This document shows positions 58,401 to 64,000 of a stretch of 64,000 bases of DNA, one piece after another. Position numbers and translations under genes: made by a program. The stretch's first letter is position 1, and every line of letters starts with the position of its first letter. This DNA comes from Rebecca billardiae RCC1528. Taxonomy: Eukaryota; Protista; Haptophyta. The stretch spans positions 682,001 to 746,000 of the forward strand of contig OZ251244.1 of the NCBI GenBank assembly GCA_965240325.2, in the 5' to 3' direction. A model generated the notes under the pieces. The model was not told the origin of the DNA. It made no database searches and saw only the letters and a list, made by a program, of their open reading frames with translations.

Positions 58401-58954
58401 GGCGATCGCGCTCACCATGTACTGCGCGATCACGAACGAGGTCGTGAGCGAGCACCACCAAACGTTCCCGCCCTGGAAGAACTGGCGGATGAGGTAGATG
58501 TCGAGGCCGATGTCGGCGACGAACATGAACGAGGCGGCGACCTCCCTCACGTACATCGCCACCTTGATCGGCCGCGACACGGCCACAGCGGCCATGTACA
58601 CGCTGACAGTCGATGACAGTCGCTGCAGCTGCGACGGTTCCACCTCTTCAGCGGCCGGCGCCGCGTCCTCCTCGCCCTCCTCCTCGTCTATCTCCTCGAG
58701 CCCCGGCGCGGGGGGCGGCGGGTTGAAGCGATTCTTGAAGATCGCCAAGAGCTGTTGGGAGCCTTCGATGAGCCTGCTGAGCCGACGGGACGGCACGCGC
58801 AGCGGTGCCGCGCGAGGCTGCGGCGCCGCGGCACCGGCTGCGCTCGGGGGGGGGCGGCGTCGCTGCGCTGCTCTCCGGGCTCGACGAGCGGCACGGTGGG
58901 GGCGGCCTCCTTTCGCCCACCGCCCCGAAAGCCGAAGCGGCGTGAGCTGAACAT
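55432..58954 (-). pseudogene. XK-related (Xkr scramblase-like) membrane domain fused to RI/NLRC3-type LRRs, frameshifted
   Basis: FVADIGLDIYL, ESVIEAFPQVLLQTYI, LLVSLLTS. LRRs LDLSKN, LKLDQCDVGDPGAALLA, LSLARNHL. Intron 57906-58076, donor at 55820. Frame breaks at 58846-58854, 58229-58238 and 56493-56496. Confidence 0.85.
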
Positions 58955-59166
58955 CGGCACGCGCTCAGCCGCTCGCGCGCGCCGAAAGTCGCGCTGCCCA
59001 CTTTCCGGTGGAGCAAGGCTCGACAACGGGGCCCCGATGGTGGGAAGAGATGTACCGCGAAGCATTATTCTGCTTAGGAAACTGTATCCATACTACTGGT
59101 ACAGTCTTCTGACGAAGTTCTGATCGAAATCTTGGGCGAGCTGCTTCCGGAGCAGCCGACGAAACA

Positions 59167-60264
59167 ATGGCTGCGCGCGGTGGCGAGGGCACAGCAGTGC
59201 CTGCCGTGCGCGCACTGATGCTCGCGCTGCCGGCACTCGTCGGTGCCGGCAGCGAGTCGGCTGGGCGGCACTACACGCTGATGCAGCGGATCGACACCAC
59301 CTCACGCTACGCCATCGTGACCGCGACGCACCGATGGTCGCCGTGCATTGAGTCGCGTCTGAGGCATGCCGTCAAGTCGCGCCCCGAGTCGTACGATGTG
59401 GTCGTGCTGTACGACGACACCACGCTGACGCCGATGCGGCGGCAGGTGGAGGCATTCGTCAACAAGCACGCGCACACGTACCTCGTGCGCTTCTCCGCCG
59501 CCGTCGGCAACCGCACGCTCGCGCACCTCGGCTACCCGCAGCGCGCCATCCGAGAGTTCTCGCCGTTTCACTCTGGCTTCTCCAAAGTGGCGTGGGTCGT
59601 GTGGGGCGCCCGCCAGGCGTACGAGCACGTGTGGTTCATCGAGGACGACGTGCTCATGCCATGCGCGTGGTACAACTTTGTGCGCATGTTCAGCAGCTCC
59701 AACGCGACGCGCGCAGATGAGCTGCTGGCCGTGAACTGCTCCACGCGCGCCGGCCAGCCCTGGTCGCGCCGGTGCAATTTCTGCCGCAGTCGGCCCGGCC
59801 AGAAGCTGACCAAGTGCCTGCTCGCCACGATGCGCGCGAGCCGCGGCCTCCTGCGCGCGACGGACGCGGCCCTGCGCAAGGGCGTCGCCGCCCATCACGA
59901 GCTCACGCTGCCCTTTGTCTGCCAGGAGCGGATGGGGGCGCCGGGCGCATGCGGCGTGCGCGACATCTCGCTCGACCCGCGCTTCAAGGGGCGGTTCTCC
60001 GCGCCGAGCGAGCTCGACGCGCGCGCCACGCAGCAGATGAAGAAGCTGATGGAGGTGAGCATGCAGGTCGGCGGCTGGCATACCCTAAGCCAGCGGCACA
60101 GTGGCTGCGCCGGGCGCAAGTTCAGCCTGTACCACCCGAGTAAGTGCCCGGCACCGCCAGCGGCGCTCGCAGCGTCCGCGGCGCGAGTGCGCGGGCCAGC
60201 GCCGGCACTCGGAGCTGCTGGGTTCTCGGTTGCTGCCACTGACAGCGCAGTCGTCGCAGGATGA
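59167..60264 (+). CDS. Putative glycosyltransferase (DUF3405-like, GT-A DxD type), intronless
   Basis: YEHVWFIEDDV..W..F, MRASRGLL, HHELTLPFVC, LYHPSK. Signal/anchor sequence. Confidence 0.7.
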   Translation: MAARGGEGTAVPAVRALMLALPALVGAGSESAGRHYTLMQRIDTTSRYAIVTATHRWSPCIESRLRHAVKSRPESYDVVVLYDDTTLTPMRRQVEAFVNKHAHTYLVRFSAAVGNRTLAHLGYPQRAIREFSPFHSGFSKVAWVVWGARQAYEHVWFIEDDVLMPCAWYNFVRMFSSSNATRADELLAVNCSTRAGQPWSRRCNFCRSRPGQKLTKCLLATMRASRGLLRATDAALRKGVAAHHELTLPFVCQERMGAPGACGVRDISLDPRFKGRFSAPSELDARATQQMKKLMEVSMQVGGWHTLSQRHSGCAGRKFSLYHPSKCPAPPAALAASAARVRGPAPALGAAGFSVAATDSAVVAG

Positions 60265-61104
60265 CTGCCGGCATTCGTACGCGGCGGTCGTGATGCACCC
60301 GCCCCTCGACGGAAGCCGGCGCAGTCCGCCCGGGTCGGACGTGGGCTGCCGAGAGCGGAGAGGCGCGGCGACGCGCGGGCGATAAGTTAGTCAGCATGTC
60401 GCCTGTCGGGCGACTCCCCGCAGGCCCGCAGCAAGTGCCGGCTCGCCGCAGTAGATCGACTATAGTCGGGCTGCTGCTGACATCATGTTGACGACCCAGT
60501 CCGGCGCCGCGCATACTTATCGGCATCCGGGCGGTGGCGGCGGCGCCGCGGGCACGCGGGGCCCTGATAATGGGGCCACTCGGATCTATCATGCGGAGCC
60601 GATGGCCGGCGCCCGGAGCCCTGCGGTCCGCCTGATGGCCGATGACTCCCTATATATATATATATTACTTGCCCGTTGCATACCACGTCGTTAATATATA
60701 TATATAGCTAGCTAATATAACTCGTCTCTGCTTGACCTCGGGCCGGGCAGCGCGCCTGATGCCGTGCCTCGAGACCGTGTCGCGCGCCAGCCGAGCAGCT
60801 GCCGCCATAACGGAACTCGGTTCACGCGGGCGGCGGCCGCGCATGCAGCGAGCAGACTGCAGAAAGTGACGCGACTCATAGAGGCAGTGCCGGGCACGCG
60901 TGACGCGTCCGCATAGGCCTATAGCCCACCGCGCCCACGCCCACGGGCCGCGGGCACGCGGCCACTCTCAGGGCTGCAGGCGGCGGGGCGCACGGCGCCG
61001 TCACACGGGCAGCGTACTGACGATATGGCTGATGCGTCGACACAATATTATCACCGCGCCCGCGTCGCACGACTCATCACAAATCACAAGTCACGGCCGC
61101 ACCG

Positions 61105-61363
61105 CGGCGGCAGCGACGCCGCGGACGCGGCGCAGGCGGCGTCACTCATCGCCGGCGTACTGCTACTGGCATCATATCTGTGAGTGATACTACGACGTAC
61201 TGATAATACGCGCGTACGTCTTATATCATCAGTACGTCGTAGTATCACTATAGTATCGTAGTATCGGCGGCAGCGACGCCGCGGACGCGGCGCAGGCGGC
61301 GTCACTCATCGCCGGCGTACTACTACTGGCATCATCTGTGAGTGATACTACGACGTACTGATA
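61105..61363. repeat. ~100 bp direct repeat (61105-61205 / 61265-61363)
   Basis: Copies differ by one substitution and a 2 bp AT duplication. Confidence 0.9.
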
Positions 61364-61364
61364 T

Positions 61365-62964
61365 AACCGCGTTCCGCGGTCCTTTTCCGTAGAACGAACG
61401 TAGTTCAGGGCCCGCGGTGGCGGTGCACCCTCCGTCGCAGTCGTCTATTGACAGACCAGTTGCATATGCCCGTACAACTAGACTCCAGCGGCGCGCCGCC
61501 GCCCGCCGCGCCGGGCGGGCCCATTGCAGCCGCCGGCGCGGCGCCGATTGTGTACAGGCGGATGCGACGAGGCGTGATCGACGCATGAGCGCGACTCCAC
61601 GTGCACGCCAGGCCACGCGGAGCTGACAGCCAGGGAGCACGGTGCGGGGCCGCGGATTCGTTCGGGCCGCTGCTGCTGACCGCTGTCCCCGGGGTCACCC
61701 CCCGCGCCGGCAGCGCCCGGGATGATGCACTGGTCCGAGTAGGGTTCGACCAGCGCCTGCGCGACGGCCGACAGGCGGGCGCGAGGCGTGATCGACGCAT
61801 GAGCGCAACTCTACGTGCACGCCAGGCCACGCGGAGCTGACAGCCCGAGGGAGCACGGTGCCGAGGTGCGAGGGCACCGGTGATCCGGTTCGCGCACTCG
61901 CCGCGCGTGCACGGGTAGCTGACACACCTCGATCAGGCTCGGCACGCGTTGCAGAGGCACGGCCAGCTCTGGGGACGTCACGCACCACCGTCGCCCGCGC
62001 AGCTCGTCCTCCTCGTAGAGTACCGTTCAGTTCCGAGGCGTAGCCCTCGCTCAGAGTCGACCGACGATGGACTCGGATCGTCGCCGTCGGCGCGCCTGCT
62101 CTCTCTCAAGAAGAGTTCTGGGAGACCCCGGAAAGGCATGGCAAGGGCGGCGCGTGGTGAAGTCGAAGGCTCAGAGATCGATCAGTCCGGCATCAGGCGC
62201 CGCTGCCCCCGAGCTTGCGAGAGCCCGAACACAGGGCGGCGGCTGCGGCGCCGGCTCGCGGACGCGCCGGGGCCGCGCAAGGCCGCGCCGAGGCATCCGA
62301 CAGGGCGGCAGGGGCGGCGGGGGCGCGCGGAGTGAGCGGGGGCACGAACGCGATGTCGACGGCAGTCGGGACCCGCCGCAGCCGCGCGCTCCAGGCGCCA
62401 TTCGCCGCGCGCACCTGCCCATCGCCGTCCTCACCCGTCGGTCGCTCGTGAGCCTCGTGCCCGTGGCTCGCCTCCAAACGCGGGCCGCCTTTGGTGGGCC
62501 GCCGCCCGGGGCCGCGCGCGCGCCCAACCAAGTCCGTTCGCGTCAGTGATAGTATTGAGATACGCCGAGCTTGGGCCCTCTGCTACTGACCCTTGCCTTG
62601 TCGGCTCCTGATACAGATAGGGCGCGATTGAATAGTTGATCAACTGATTCAAGGGACGTACATTGTCACATCGGTTCGCGGCAATCTCACTATCAAACTA
62701 AATCGCTCGTAACGAACCGTTATTTGAAAAGTCACGGCCGCTCACGTCCCGTCCATCGATTGAATAGGGCGGAATCTCGTGGACGCGGTTATTTCTCCGT
62801 AATGCATGTGTAGAGAGGGTCTCAAAAATCGAAACTCGGTCTCCGCCAGCCCTAAAAATCGCCCCCCGTCCCTTTTTTCTTGATCAAAGATCTTTTTGAA
62901 ACGTGGTTAGGGCCCACGGAGCGGGCTCCACGCTGCGCGTTCCGCCCGTGCCGCACCGCGGGCC
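61365..62964. mobile_element. DNA transposon-like element, copy B, different interior from copy A
   Basis: Both ends shared with 22322-25216. Internal ~75 bp direct repeat at 61568-61643 and 61782-61860. Confidence 0.75.
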
Positions 62965-63147
62965 ATGATACCCATACTAATAATGATGAGTAAGACCGTG
63001 GCGATCCTCGAGCCAGATACTCATATATCCCGCGGTGCGACTCGCTTGATGATGATCGGACTGGCAGCTGGCCGGGCACATATCAGTCACTCAGATATCG
63101 TAAGTTCGCCGGCAACTTCATTCACTACTACATAAGTAGTCGGTCAC

Positions 63148-63183
<36 letters not shown>

Positions 63184-63872
63184 GACGATGACTGCATGCT
63201 CGGACGATGACGTCACGTACTGATATGTGACGACGTAACAAGTATCATCTATATATATAGTCGATCGAGTCCCGAGTATATTATATAAGCAGTGTTACGT
63301 ACAGTCCGGCCTCACTCCGAGCGCTGACTCAGTCAGTCAGTACGGGCAGACAGTAAGCTAGGCACCTTCAGAGTTGACTAATATTAATTCTACTCAGTAG
63401 TCGTAATAAGGGCGGCGTAAGGCTAGCAGTAAGCTACTACTGACGGCTGAAAAATTATTATTTATATTATTAATAATGAATATTGCGCGGACGACGATGA
63501 CTCGCGATGCCGCCCGCGCCGCGACTCGCCGCCACCCGCGGCGGACCCGCCGGCTCCGGGCCGGTATTCACGCAGCAGCTCGCTCCGTGAGCGGGTGACG
63601 ACGCGCCCCAGCTGCGACAAAACGTACGATTCCAGCGGTTCCCACCGCCTCAGCCGCACCGCGTTACGCCCACCGCGGGCAGAACGCGCTGCGCCGGAGG
63701 ACTCCGCGGACCAGCCTCGATCCACGATCGTGTGGGACCGTGGCGTGCGCCGCAGCTCTCGCCGCGCCGCGCGCAGCCGCTGCGCCGCGCCGCCGCGCCC
63801 AGTGGCCGAATGACTCACCGGGCGCAGGCAGCGCACGCGCAGCAGCGGCGCCATGCAACGCGCCGGCTGGCC

Positions 63873-64000
63873 TCAGCCATGCTTGCGCTTGTTGGCGCGC
63901 TTGGCGCGCGCCGTGATGTCGTCAGCCTCGGGCGCGGCAGCCTGCCTGGGGTGCGCCAGCTTGCGCCCGCCGTGCCTCCCGCCGCCCTTGCCGCCCGCCG
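63873..64000 (-). CDS. Probable 3' end of a gene running off the window
   Basis: Open frame ...AAAPEADDITARAKRANKRKHG* with a basic tail. Confidence 0.4.
   Translation of the reverse strand, partial: AGGKGGGRHGGRKLAHPRQAAAPEADDITARAKRANKRKHG

Noticed and set aside
61105-61363. Direct repeats as CRISPR or LTRs
   Set aside because: Only two ~100 bp units, eukaryotic context, no TG..CA ends, PBS or TSD.
1-64000. tRNA, rRNA, intact transposase or reverse transcriptase
   Set aside because: No supporting motifs were seen by eye. A tRNAscan/HMM search would be needed to exclude them fully.

Overview
Very GC-rich eukaryotic nuclear DNA with GT-AG introns (donor mostly GTGCGC). A bipartite-targeted plastid nucleotide transporter points to an alga with a complex plastid; a Pavlovales-type haptophyte is an inference, not shown. 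About 16 genes are supportable: GT10 fucosyltransferase, eRF3/SUP35, two sulfotransferases, a ricin-lectin/TM/coiled-coil/PH protein, an L/F-transferase homolog, NTT, BolA, S28 peptidase, cyclophilin, a candidate Ig-fold transcription factor with PAS domains, a DUF3405-like protein and several hypotheticals. There is also a broken XK-scramblase/LRR gene. Genes sit mostly as tight head-to-head pairs. The convergent gaps are packed with non-autonomous DNA transposons: four long-arm foldbacks with 2, 5, 7 and 10 bp flanking repeats, GGCTC-ended elements with 4 bp TSDs, and Tc1/mariner end remnants. The most striking signal is that non-coding and dead DNA appears to grow by stacked transposon excision footprints (TA-CTG-TA / TA-CAG-TA, 2-5 bp duplications, hairpin fillers), visible by comparing sister copies inside the window. 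A transposon-borne Pipsqueak-HTH/USP-protease fusion is the most unusual coding relic. All calls are by eye, no database search was run, and most six-frame ORFs are GC artefacts.
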